Part shown: one piece after another, positions 26,977 to 36,087 of the stretch
Position numbering within the stretch: position 1 is the first letter of the stretch
Layout: each line of letters opens with the position of its first letter
Assembly: GCA_964623405.1 (NCBI GenBank)
Contig: CAZURC010000004.1
Coordinates: forward strand, 1 to 41,982
DNA length: 41,982 bases
DNA from: an uncultured Treponema sp.
GTDB taxonomy: Bacteria; Spirochaetota; Spirochaetia; Treponematales; Treponemataceae
Direction: 5' to 3'
Notes under the pieces: generated by a model
Database searches by the model: none
The model's input: only the letters and a program-made list of their open reading frames with translations
Told to the model about the DNA's origin: nothing
Program-made: the position numbers and the translations under genes

Positions 26977-27091
26977 TGAACGGTGCCTGCGTTACCGCAG
27001 AAACGGTGCCTGCGTTACTGCGGTAACAGTGCCTGCGCTACTGCGGAAACGGTGCCTGTGTTACTGCGGAAACGGTACCTGCGTTGCCGCA
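26977..27091. repeat. Tandem repeat, 5 x 23 bp (consensus GAAACGGTGCCTGCGTTACTGCG)
   Basis: Units start at 26977, 27000, 27023, 27046 and 27069. They are head-to-tail with no spacers and 0-4 mismatches each. Confidence 0.95.
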
Positions 27092-27137
27092 GACACTGTA
27101 TATCCGGCTCTTAAAAGGCGTCGCTTATTTGATAAGC

Positions 27138-29228
27138 TTATTTACGCGAGAAGCCGGGAACTATAGGGGCCGAGAATCTTTTTCTCATCTGCGCAAAGAA
27201 TTCGTCCGCAGTCTTGTCGTCAACCGGTTTCGGCGGCTCATGGTATTTCACAAGATTAGAAGGGATTTCCTCTAGGAAGCGGCTTGGCCTTGACTCAACA
27301 GATGACTGCAAATGCCTGCGCCTTAGGCATGAGGAGATATACAGCTTGTCCCTTGCCCTTGTGATTGCGACATAGAACAGCCTTCGCTCCTCTTCTACGG
27401 CCGCGTCTCCCCCCTCATCTATTGCTCTGCCGTGCGGAATAAGCCCCTCCTCGCATCCCGCTATGAACACCACAGGAAACTCCAGTCCTTTTGAGGCATG
27501 TATCGTCATAAGGTTGACTTTCCCTTTCCCCTCGTCGTCATCCATGTCATCGCGAGAAAGCAGGGTTATTCTGTTCAGGTAATTGTAAAGGGTAGGATCT
27601 TGTGTATCGGGATTCTTTTCCCATACTTCTATTGAACTTATCAGCGACTCTATATTGAGAAATTTAAACCTGGCCGCTTTCTCTGACTTTGGATTCTCTG
27701 ATATTAAGTAGTCAAAGTACCGTATATCCTCGACCATCTTGCGGACTTTCTTTGCAAGCGAGTGGCCGCCGAGCATATTCTTGCCGGAGTCTATTATTTC
27801 AATGAATTGCTTAAGAGCATCCTTTGTTCCGTCTGAGAAACCTGTTCCTGTGCTGCCCGCTGCCGCTCCTGGCTGAGCCTGCATAAAAACTTCAACCTCT
27901 CTTTCTGGAGCTTCTATAAGAGCCTTTATTGAGTCATAGAGCGAGCAGCCTAGATTCCTTGCAATCTGGTTCAGTTTCTCGATTGTCGCCCTGCCGATTC
28001 CCCGTCTTGGCGCATTTATTATTCTTAGGAGGTTTACATCATCGTCGTGGTTTGCAATCACCCTGAGATACGAGATTATATCTTTTATTTCCTTGCGCTG
28101 AAAGAATGATGTTCCTCCGCTCATTGTGTACGGGATGTTCTCCTGAAGAAAGGCCTCTTCTATTGGCCGTGACTGCGTGTTTGCCCGCATAAGGACGCAG
28201 AAGTCATCATATTTTCTTTTCTCTTCCACGCAGGCTGACTGTATTGTCTCTACGATAAAATCCGCCTCTGCGGTCTCGTTGTCCGGGGAGTAAACCTCAA
28301 TAGGCTTTCCTTCTCCTTTACCCGACCAGAGCTTCTTGTCCTTGCGGTTTGTGTTATGCCTTATGACCCCGTTCGCGGCGGCAAGTATTGTTCCTGTGGA
28401 GCGGTAGTTCTGCTCAAGGCGGATTTCCTTTACCTCAGGGAAGTCCTTCTCAAAGTTCACTATGTTCTGGTAGTCCGCTCCGCGCCATGAGTAAATGCTC
28501 TGGTCATCGTCTCCTACGACAGCGACATTTTTATCTGCGAGAAGATGCATCATCTCGTACTGCTGATGGCTTGTGTCCTGGAACTCGTCAACCATTATGT
28601 ATTTGTACCGCTGCTTGTAGCTGGAGAGAATATCCGGGAATTCCTTAAAGAGCCTGATTGGGAGAACTATAAGGTCGTCAAAGTCAACAGCGTTGTAAAG
28701 CCTGAGACCTTCCTGGTAGCCCTCGTAAAGCTCTTTGTACATCTCATTCTCTGCGTTCCAGTGCTTTCTGCCTGTCTTTATGTCAGAGATGAGTATTCCT
28801 GTCTTGTATATGTCCAGTGCCTCCGGCGAGTAGCGCAGCTCGCGTCCAGTTTCTTTTATAAGAGAGTTGCGGTCGGTCTCGTCATATATGGAAAAATTCT
28901 CGCGCCAGCCAAGACGCGCTATATCCTGCCGCAAGACACGGACGCCGAAGGCATGGAAAGTTGATATTGTAAGGAACGGGAGCTTCTTGCCTGTAAGCTC
29001 CTTTATCCTCTCTGACATTTCTCTTGCGGCTTTGTTTGTGAATGTTAGCGCGAGAATCTGGCTCTGCGGGACTCCTGCGTCAAGCATGTGCGCTATGCGG
29101 AATGTTATTACTCGTGTCTTTCCTGAGCCTGCGCCCGCTATTATCAGGATAGGACCGTTTATTGTCATTACGGCCTCGTACTGCTCAGGGTTTAGCTCGT
29201 TCTTTAAATCCGACAGGTCTGATGGCAT
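27138..29228 (-). CDS. UvrD/PcrA/Rep family ATP-dependent helicase
   Basis: Motifs AGAGSGKT, VDEFQD, VGDDDQSIY, LEQNYRS, MTIHASKGLEF and EERRLFYVAITRA. Confidence 0.96.
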   Translation of the reverse strand: MPSDLSDLKNELNPEQYEAVMTINGPILIIAGAGSGKTRVITFRIAHMLDAGVPQSQILALTFTNKAAREMSERIKELTGKKLPFLTISTFHAFGVRVLRQDIARLGWRENFSIYDETDRNSLIKETGRELRYSPEALDIYKTGILISDIKTGRKHWNAENEMYKELYEGYQEGLRLYNAVDFDDLIVLPIRLFKEFPDILSSYKQRYKYIMVDEFQDTSHQQYEMMHLLADKNVAVVGDDDQSIYSWRGADYQNIVNFEKDFPEVKEIRLEQNYRSTGTILAAANGVIRHNTNRKDKKLWSGKGEGKPIEVYSPDNETAEADFIVETIQSACVEEKRKYDDFCVLMRANTQSRPIEEAFLQENIPYTMSGGTSFFQRKEIKDIISYLRVIANHDDDVNLLRIINAPRRGIGRATIEKLNQIARNLGCSLYDSIKALIEAPEREVEVFMQAQPGAAAGSTGTGFSDGTKDALKQFIEIIDSGKNMLGGHSLAKKVRKMVEDIRYFDYLISENPKSEKAARFKFLNIESLISSIEVWEKNPDTQDPTLYNYLNRITLLSRDDMDDDEGKGKVNLMTIHASKGLEFPVVFIAGCEEGLIPHGRAIDEGGDAAVEEERRLFYVAITRARDKLYISSCLRRRHLQSSVESRPSRFLEEIPSNLVKYHEPPKPVDDKTADEFFAQMRKRFSAPIVPGFSRK

Positions 29229-29328
29229 AGGTAATGAATATAGCGCTTTTCTTGTCTTTTGTCATTGAGAGGCGGGAAAAACAGCAAAGTTGGCATTCAT
29301 CTTGTAAAACTATTATAATAATCGAAGT

Positions 29329-30597
29329 ATGCTTATAAGACTTAAGGTAGACAAATTCTTGAGAAAACATGGCTTTTCTTCAGAAATGATAGTTGATGAG
29401 ATAATGCGTGACATGCTGCTTCCTAAGCCAAAGAAAAGCGGGCAGGACATGAGCAGAACATGGATGCTTCCTCCAGAGCATAATCCTGCTGATGAGAAAG
29501 TTATTGTAATAGATGCAGGCGGAACAAATTTCAGGAGCTGCCTTGTGTCCTTCAGCTCATCTGGAGAAGCCTCTGTCTCAGATTTCAGAAAAACATCAAT
29601 GCCTGCTATAGAAAGAGAATATTCAAGAGACGAGTTTTTCTCTGCGATTGCAGACCGGATAGAATACCTTAGGGGAAAATCAGACAAAATAGGCTTCTGC
29701 TTCTCGTATTCGCTGGATATGACAAGAGAGCATGATGCTGTTCCAAATGCGTTCAGCAAGGAGATAAAGGCAAGAAGCGTGATTGGTTTTCCTGTCGGGA
29801 AAAGCCTTGTTGCGGAACTGGAAAGACGCGGATGGAACAAGATAAATAAAATATCAGTGGTGAATGATACAGTCTGCGCTCTGCTTGCGGGAAAAGCTGC
29901 GGGAGTCGAAGCTGAATCTTATATCGGCTTTATACTTGGAACAGGGATGAACGCCGCCTTCATCGCCCCAAAAGGTGAGTTTGCTGATGAAGAGCAGATA
30001 ATTGTATGTGAAAGCGGCAAGTGCGATACTTTTACGCTGAGCGATTTTGATAAGGATGCGGACTGCCGTACGGCTGTTCCTGTGCAGTTTCCTTTGGAAA
30101 AATGCTGCAGCGGAGCATATCTTGGAAACACAGTTCTTTCCATTTTGCGTTTTGCGGCATCTGAGGGGCTTTTTTCATCCGCCGCAGGTGAGAGAGTTTT
30201 GGCTATGACATCTCTTGACACCGTCTGTGTTGATAACTTTCTTCACGGCTATGCTGACGGCACGAGAGAGAGCGGAAACAAGCTTGATGACTGCTTTTTG
30301 AAAGCTATGGACAGAAAAACAGCCTTTCTTCTTGCCGATGCGGCCGTTGACAGGTGCGCTCATTATGCCGCTTCTATTCTTGCCTCCAATCTTATAGCTT
30401 GCAAGAAAGGCAAAAATCCCTCAAATCCTGTTTGCATTGTGTGTGACGGAACAACATTCTACAAGACATTCCGCCTAAGGGAGAGAATTGAGAAATATCT
30501 TTACCAGTATGCTGCAAGAGAGCGCGGCATTTACTTCAGGACAGTCAATATAAAAAATGCAATAACGCTTGGCGCGGCTGTCGCCGGCCTTATATGA
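29329..30597 (+). CDS. Hexokinase (eukaryote-type fold)
   Basis: Motifs IDAGGTNFR, GFCFSY, VNDTV, ILGTGMNAA, EKCCSGAYLG and DGT. Confidence 0.88.
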   Translation: MLIRLKVDKFLRKHGFSSEMIVDEIMRDMLLPKPKKSGQDMSRTWMLPPEHNPADEKVIVIDAGGTNFRSCLVSFSSSGEASVSDFRKTSMPAIEREYSRDEFFSAIADRIEYLRGKSDKIGFCFSYSLDMTREHDAVPNAFSKEIKARSVIGFPVGKSLVAELERRGWNKINKISVVNDTVCALLAGKAAGVEAESYIGFILGTGMNAAFIAPKGEFADEEQIIVCESGKCDTFTLSDFDKDADCRTAVPVQFPLEKCCSGAYLGNTVLSILRFAASEGLFSSAAGERVLAMTSLDTVCVDNFLHGYADGTRESGNKLDDCFLKAMDRKTAFLLADAAVDRCAHYAASILASNLIACKKGKNPSNPVCIVCDGTTFYKTFRLRERIEKYLYQYAARERGIYFRTVNIKNAITLGAAVAGLI

Positions 30598-30601
30598 TAA
30601 T

Positions 30602-33316
30602 ATGAGAATAAAAAATGTCTTTCTAAAGGCGTTGCTTTTCTTCTTGGCAGGCTTTTACGCATTTGCTCTTGGCGGCGTTATGTCCGGAGCAAAGGGTGTG
30701 CTGTCTCTTGTCCAGACAGAATATTTTGACATCATATTCCCAGAAGCCTGCAGAAAGACCGCTCTTAAGATTGCATCTGTATGCGATGGCTATTATGAGA
30801 AGATAGCGTCTCAGTTCGGATATGAGCCTTGCCAGAGATTTCCTGTATCGATAACAGATCAGGTGGAAAGTCCGAACGCTTTTTTCTCAATGGCGCCCTA
30901 TAACCTTATTGTCTTTTATGACACTGAGAAAGACTATGACACAGACTCGGACAAGGACAGCGTTGAAGGAACTTTTTATCATGAGCTTACTCATGCGGTC
31001 TCGCTGAATTCAAAGTCCCCCGCAATGAGAAAAATGGAGCTGTTCGCAGATTTCATCACTCCTGCCGGAATTTCCCTTACATCTTTCTGGTTTGAAGGCG
31101 CGGCAGTTGCTTTTGAAAGCATGGAGGAGGGGGGAAGACTCAATAATCCTTTCTTTACACAGAAAATAGCCGCCGCAAAGCTGAGCGCGATGGCGGGAGA
31201 AAAGAAATTTCCTTCCTGGCGGGATGTTACAGGCGCAAGGGATGTCTTTCCTTACGGAAATGATGCATACGTGTTCGGCTCCTGCTTTGCAAGGTATCTC
31301 ATAGAGACCTACGGAATGAAAAAATACTGTGAGTTCTGGCGCAATGCGGGAACATCAACAAGCCTCTCATTCTGTGCTGGAGTCTTTAAGAAGACATATA
31401 AGATAAAGCTCAGCAAGGCATGGAAAGATTTTTATGAGAGCATAAAAGTTCCGGAGATTGACATAAAAAAAAGAAATGAATTCATGCTAAGGGACAGCCT
31501 GCTTTCAAAAAAGAATTCCGCTGTAAGGAGCGTTGACACTTTTTGCGGGGCGGATGGAAAGACATCTGCCGTCTGGTATGATTCTCTCTCATCAGCAGTA
31601 TATATGGACGGAAAAAGACTTTTTGATGCTGCAGGAATTCAGAAAATCCGCTTTTCAAAAGACGGAAAGAGCCTCTATGTGAACAGGCTCGTTGATAAGT
31701 CAAACATAAAGGTCAGTGATTTTGTCTACGGGATTGATAGCGGAACAAAGACTGATATTGAGCATGACCGCCTTAACTTTGAGAAAGCTGGAAACATTGT
31801 GCAGAAAAAGGACGGCCTTGAATGGAGCTTTGTGTATGAGGAAAGTGACGGAAAAAGAAAAGCAGAATGGAAGCTGGGGAACATAATAATCCGCAATATT
31901 CACCTGGAAAGCAAGACAGAGTCAATAGAGAGTTATGTGTTTACCTGGGCAAAGATGCGCTCAGACACTTTCGCCAGAATTGGAAGAATAACTATTGATA
32001 AACGTACGCTGGATGCGGATATACAGCTTCAAAAATATGATAATCCGTGCGGCTTGATAGAGGCTTGTCCTTATAAAAATGGGTATCTTGTCATTTCTGA
32101 GGAATACAGCGCAAATCCTCTTAGGTATCTTGATGGAAGTAAAATTGAGTGGGAAGAATTTACAGCCTATAAGTCTTGGGAAAGTTCGGCAGAGGCTGAG
32201 ACAGCGCAGGGTAACGGAGCGGCTGGGGATGGTATAGAATTCACAGTCAAAAAATACAATCCGTTTGAGTATTTTGCTAAGGGAGCGTGGCTTCCAGTTG
32301 GAAGCGTTGGAATATATGATCACGATTTTTCCCAGTATTCGGCGGCTGTTCTAGGCGCAAGCTTTTTTACCTCGACTCCATGGACGGATAAAGTCACATC
32401 GCTTTCTGCAGGGCTCGATTATATGACAAGAAGCGGCGGCGCGCAGCTAAGTATTTCTGGAGGAGACGACAGCTTGTCTTACAGTGCGCTTTCCAGCCTT
32501 TTGTTTTATAGGGAAGGATTCAAAAGTGTTTATTTTAACGCATCGCTTTCTAGGACGTTGTGGCGCGGGCTTTACTCATCATTTTCTTCTGGTGTTTTTG
32601 CCGCCGCTCTGTATGGCAAGGAAGATACTGAAGGCAAGGCTGAGCTTACTGATAAGGCAAGGGGAGAGACAAGGGAAATATCTTATAAGAGAGAGGGGCT
32701 TAGCGCGGACGGAAGAGCGTATCTTTATTTCTCAAATATGCACAAGTTCTCTCCAGGCTATGGACAGTATCTAGGACTTTACTTTGAGCCTTTTATTGAC
32801 GTAGAGCGTACTAGCCTTGACTATAATTGCGATGCCTATGGAAAAATTTATGACGAGGATAAGATGTACATGAACGCAGGCTTTATGTCAGGAGCAAGAA
32901 TCCCGTTTTTGTTTCCTGTTAGCTTTTCTGCAAGCCTGTTTCCTGCAAAGGGTAAGTTCGCAAGGGGAACAGCGCAGATTCAGCTTTCTGACATAGAGAT
33001 TCAGAAGGGAATTCCTGCTATTTCTATTTACGCATACAGAACAGTTGTTTCCGCCTTGTACTCGATGACATTTAAGTATGACGAGCGAGAGCTATGGGAT
33101 GTGATAAGAATAGCGGATATTGCACGGGATATGTCCTGGTCAAGCTATGATGACTTTCTGAGGCTTAGCGTGGAGGCTACAGTCGGTCCTAATACAAGCT
33201 ATTTTGCGTCATCAGACTATTCTATTGGGGTATGCGGATATGTTCAGTATAGCTTTAACGGAACCGATAGAAAAACATTCAAGGGCGGCATCTATGTCAA
33301 TGTTGCGTGGCAATAA
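30602..33316 (+). CDS. Large secreted protein with HExxH metallopeptidase-like domain and probable C-terminal beta-barrel
   Basis: Signal peptide, FYHELTHA..WFEGAAV, and an aromatic-rich alternating C-terminus ending YVNVAWQ. Confidence 0.65.
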   Translation: MRIKNVFLKALLFFLAGFYAFALGGVMSGAKGVLSLVQTEYFDIIFPEACRKTALKIASVCDGYYEKIASQFGYEPCQRFPVSITDQVESPNAFFSMAPYNLIVFYDTEKDYDTDSDKDSVEGTFYHELTHAVSLNSKSPAMRKMELFADFITPAGISLTSFWFEGAAVAFESMEEGGRLNNPFFTQKIAAAKLSAMAGEKKFPSWRDVTGARDVFPYGNDAYVFGSCFARYLIETYGMKKYCEFWRNAGTSTSLSFCAGVFKKTYKIKLSKAWKDFYESIKVPEIDIKKRNEFMLRDSLLSKKNSAVRSVDTFCGADGKTSAVWYDSLSSAVYMDGKRLFDAAGIQKIRFSKDGKSLYVNRLVDKSNIKVSDFVYGIDSGTKTDIEHDRLNFEKAGNIVQKKDGLEWSFVYEESDGKRKAEWKLGNIIIRNIHLESKTESIESYVFTWAKMRSDTFARIGRITIDKRTLDADIQLQKYDNPCGLIEACPYKNGYLVISEEYSANPLRYLDGSKIEWEEFTAYKSWESSAEAETAQGNGAAGDGIEFTVKKYNPFEYFAKGAWLPVGSVGIYDHDFSQYSAAVLGASFFTSTPWTDKVTSLSAGLDYMTRSGGAQLSISGGDDSLSYSALSSLLFYREGFKSVYFNASLSRTLWRGLYSSFSSGVFAAALYGKEDTEGKAELTDKARGETREISYKREGLSADGRAYLYFSNMHKFSPGYGQYLGLYFEPFIDVERTSLDYNCDAYGKIYDEDKMYMNAGFMSGARIPFLFPVSFSASLFPAKGKFARGTAQIQLSDIEIQKGIPAISIYAYRTVVSALYSMTFKYDERELWDVIRIADIARDMSWSSYDDFLRLSVEATVGPNTSYFASSDYSIGVCGYVQYSFNGTDRKTFKGGIYVNVAWQ

Positions 33317-33378
33317 AAAATGATATAAAATAAATTCGGGTATAGTGTTATTATAGTACGTAATAATGTGGGGGGAAA

Positions 33379-34008
33379 ATGGCAAGAAGACATGGGCTTG
33401 GCAAGTCGATAGCTCTGATTTTTTTAATTATAATCATTGTTCTGGGCGGGCTTTTGTGGTTCGACTATCTTGGCGTAATCAACGCAAAATCATTCTTTTC
33501 TCCGCTATATAAATTGATTGGAAGACAGCCTCAGACTTCTGTTACAGCCACACAGACAAAGCCTCTGGAGGCAAATTTAGAGGACGACCGTCTTGCAAAA
33601 AGGCTGGAAGCCCTTGAAATCAGAGAGCAGGAGCTTGACAAGAGGGAATCTGATATATCGCGCACGGAAGATGCAAACGAAGCTATTGCGCGTGAGCTTG
33701 AGGACAGGCAGAAATCTCAGGAAGAAAGAGAAAAAACATTCAACAATGAGGTCAAAAAGTACGATGATAGGAATACGAACATCGAACAAATTTCGACCTA
33801 TTTGCAAAGCATGCCGCCAAGGACGGCCGTAGAGCAGCTTCTGGGGATGGATGATCAGGATATAATTGACATCTTCCGTAAAACAGATGACTTGGCTGAG
33901 TCGTCCAGGACAGCTTCCATGACTTCCGTATGGCTTATGTATATGCCTGCGGAAAGGGCTGCTGTCATACAGAGAAAAATGGCCAATAAGCCTGAATCTC
34001 TAGACTAG
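33379..34008 (+). CDS. flbB: Periplasmic flagellar collar protein FlbB
   Basis: N-terminal TM helix (GGLLWFDYLG), coiled coil and MgtE_N-like C-terminus (MPPRTAV, MPAERAAVIQRKM); position before fliK-flgD-flgE. Confidence 0.85.
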   Translation: MARRHGLGKSIALIFLIIIIVLGGLLWFDYLGVINAKSFFSPLYKLIGRQPQTSVTATQTKPLEANLEDDRLAKRLEALEIREQELDKRESDISRTEDANEAIARELEDRQKSQEEREKTFNNEVKKYDDRNTNIEQISTYLQSMPPRTAVEQLLGMDDQDIIDIFRKTDDLAESSRTASMTSVWLMYMPAERAAVIQRKMANKPESLD

Positions 34009-34082
34009 ACTTTACAATAGCGGCATAACCGAAATCGGCCGGAATTCCTTCGGGTTTGTTATAAAAACAGGAGGTTCCGCCG

Positions 34083-35480
34083 ATGTATTCAGTTCAGATA
34101 GAGCAGCTTTTACCGCAGCCGCAGGCAATGCAGTTATCTTCTGCTCAGGACACAAATACAGGCAACTCATCATTCCTCGATATGCTCCGCTCAAGCGGAC
34201 AGGAACTTCAGAAAGAAGAGCATATATCTGCCCCTCCGCCGGAAAATCATACGCAAGAGACAAATGCAGAATATACCCAAGACTCAAAGTCAAATGAGAA
34301 GGTTTCCGTTGCAAAAAAACAGGAACCGTCTGCCATTGATGATGAGGAAAAAGACCAGAAAACGGTCAAGGGCAATGATATTCTGATTCTTTCATTGGAT
34401 GGGAGTGAGAAATATGTTGTTCAACAGATAAACGCAGATGGAAGCGATGATGAGGGAGAAAATTTCAGCTTGCAAAATGACCCTTCTGCGCAAAAAACGC
34501 ATACGAGTTTTACGGTCAGTCAGCTTGAGTGGCTAGAAAAATCTCCGCCGGAGGAGTATGAGAATGAGAGTGTTATTGCTGGCCAAAGCCTTGAGAGGCT
34601 GCTTGATAATACCGCAGAGATAGCATTGAAAGATGCTGGCGATGAAGAGGTTTTAGAAAGCGCAATAAATCTTTCTGTTGATGAGCCTGAGCAGTTCCTT
34701 GATAAAGTATCAAATACAGTTGAAATGCCTGGCGTAAAGATAAAAACGCCTGAAACTGCTGCACTTGATAAAAAGAATAGCAAAAAGGATATAAGACTCG
34801 ATGTTACAGATTTGCGGACACAAGATGCGACAAAGCCGAAAACAGAGGAGCCTTCTGTCGCAAGGCCTGAGAAAGTTTACCAAAAAAAAGAACTTAACCT
34901 TTCTTATAAGCGTGAGAATGAAAACACATTTCAAGTTTCTCTGGATCTTTCAAATGCGGCAAAGCAGAATATAACCTCGTCTTCTGGACAGGCGTCTTCT
35001 GCTGCGAGCTCTGTTTTTCAGAGTATGCTTTCTAACGCTGTCCAGGAGAACGCTCTGGAATTTGTCAGGGCAGGAAACATAATTCTAAAAGACAATAACC
35101 AGGGCAATATAAACCTTATTGTTCATCCGGAGAAACTTGGAAATGTAAAGATTTCTCTCTCTCTGTCTGACAAGATCATTTCAGGCTCGATTACTGTGCA
35201 TTCAGAAGAGGCTTATAACGCCATGAAAGACAGCATAGCTGAGCTAAAGAGCGCTTTTTCAGGCAGCGGATTTGAAACCGGAGAGTTCAATTTGCACTTT
35301 GAGGGAGATGGGCAGAACTTTGCGCAAAACCAGAGTGGATATGGACAGAATCAGCAGTCTGACTTTATGGCATCTCATGTCTATGGAGACTATGTCTCGT
35401 TGCAAGCCCAGGGCGCTGACACAGAGGCGTTGCTCGCTTTTTCTTCTGGGGCGGATTATTCCGTGAATATAGTTGCATGA
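34083..35480 (+). CDS. fliK: Flagellar hook-length control protein FliK
   Basis: Low-complexity N-terminus and C-terminal INLIVHPEKLGNVKI domain; upstream of flgD. Confidence 0.85.
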   Translation: MYSVQIEQLLPQPQAMQLSSAQDTNTGNSSFLDMLRSSGQELQKEEHISAPPPENHTQETNAEYTQDSKSNEKVSVAKKQEPSAIDDEEKDQKTVKGNDILILSLDGSEKYVVQQINADGSDDEGENFSLQNDPSAQKTHTSFTVSQLEWLEKSPPEEYENESVIAGQSLERLLDNTAEIALKDAGDEEVLESAINLSVDEPEQFLDKVSNTVEMPGVKIKTPETAALDKKNSKKDIRLDVTDLRTQDATKPKTEEPSVARPEKVYQKKELNLSYKRENENTFQVSLDLSNAAKQNITSSSGQASSAASSVFQSMLSNAVQENALEFVRAGNIILKDNNQGNINLIVHPEKLGNVKISLSLSDKIISGSITVHSEEAYNAMKDSIAELKSAFSGSGFETGEFNLHFEGDGQNFAQNQSGYGQNQQSDFMASHVYGDYVSLQAQGADTEALLAFSSGADYSVNIVA

Positions 35481-35486
35481 TTTTTC

Positions 35487-35513
35487 TAAACAAGGCGTGA
35501 AAACTGCCGAAGA
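35487..35513 (+). promoter_or_regulatory. Sigma28 (FliA) promoter upstream of flgD
   Basis: TAAA (35487-90)-N15-GCCGAAGA (35506-13), against the consensus TAAA-N15-GCCGATAA. Confidence 0.7.
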
Positions 35514-35582
35514 ATTTTATATAGGCTTAATCCTGTAAAGCGCAGGAGAATAGCCAAGAGATGAATTTCAGGAGACCGAACA

Positions 35583-36023
35583 ATGGATTTTACAGCAACA
35601 ATGAGCGCATCAGAAAAGCTCTATGCGCAGAATGCGGTTGATTCATTCAACAAGACGCTGACGGTAAACGGACGTAAAGCCAGCAATGAGTTGGGCAAGG
35701 ATGACTTCTTAAAAATCTTGATTGCGCAGCTTTCAAACCAGGACCCGACAAGTCCGCTGGAAAACACTGAGTTTATCGCGCAGATGGCGCAGTTCAGTTC
35801 TCTGGAGCAGATGACAAACATGAGCCAAAGCTTTGAGAAGATGTCGGCTTTTGTCAATTCAAGCGAGGCTCAGTCTATGATTGGCCGGAGCGTTGAGATT
35901 GACCTGGGAGACACATCAGTGCAAGGCACGGTCGAGGCGGCGACAAGGGGCACGCAGCCGCAAGTGCTTGTCAATGGAATGTACTATAGCATGGACCAGA
36001 TAAAAGCGGTGTACGGAATCTAA
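35583..36023 (+). CDS. flgD: Flagellar hook assembly protein FlgD
   Basis: [36 protein letters not shown]. Confidence 0.96.
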   Translation: MDFTATMSASEKLYAQNAVDSFNKTLTVNGRKASNELGKDDFLKILIAQLSNQDPTSPLENTEFIAQMAQFSSLEQMTNMSQSFEKMSAFVNSSEAQSMIGRSVEIDLGDTSVQGTVEAATRGTQPQVLVNGMYYSMDQIKAVYGI

Positions 36024-36087
36024 GGATGACAGGCATCTGCCAGTCTTGCATAAGAAAAAAAAGGAAATAAAAAACGAGGGTAGAAAT

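Noticed and set aside
26977-27091. CRISPR array
   Set aside because: The repeats are contiguous with no unique spacers, and there are no cas genes in the window.
29291-29305. Sigma54 promoter-like TGGCATTCATCTTGT before hexokinase
   Set aside because: The -12 GC is GT, and the site is explained as well by a sigma70 -35 paired with TATAAT at 29314.
34060-34086. Sigma28-like TAAA..GCCGATGT before fliK
   Set aside because: The spacer is 13 bp and the -10 overlaps the start codon; the segment is better read as the AGGAGG RBS plus ATG.
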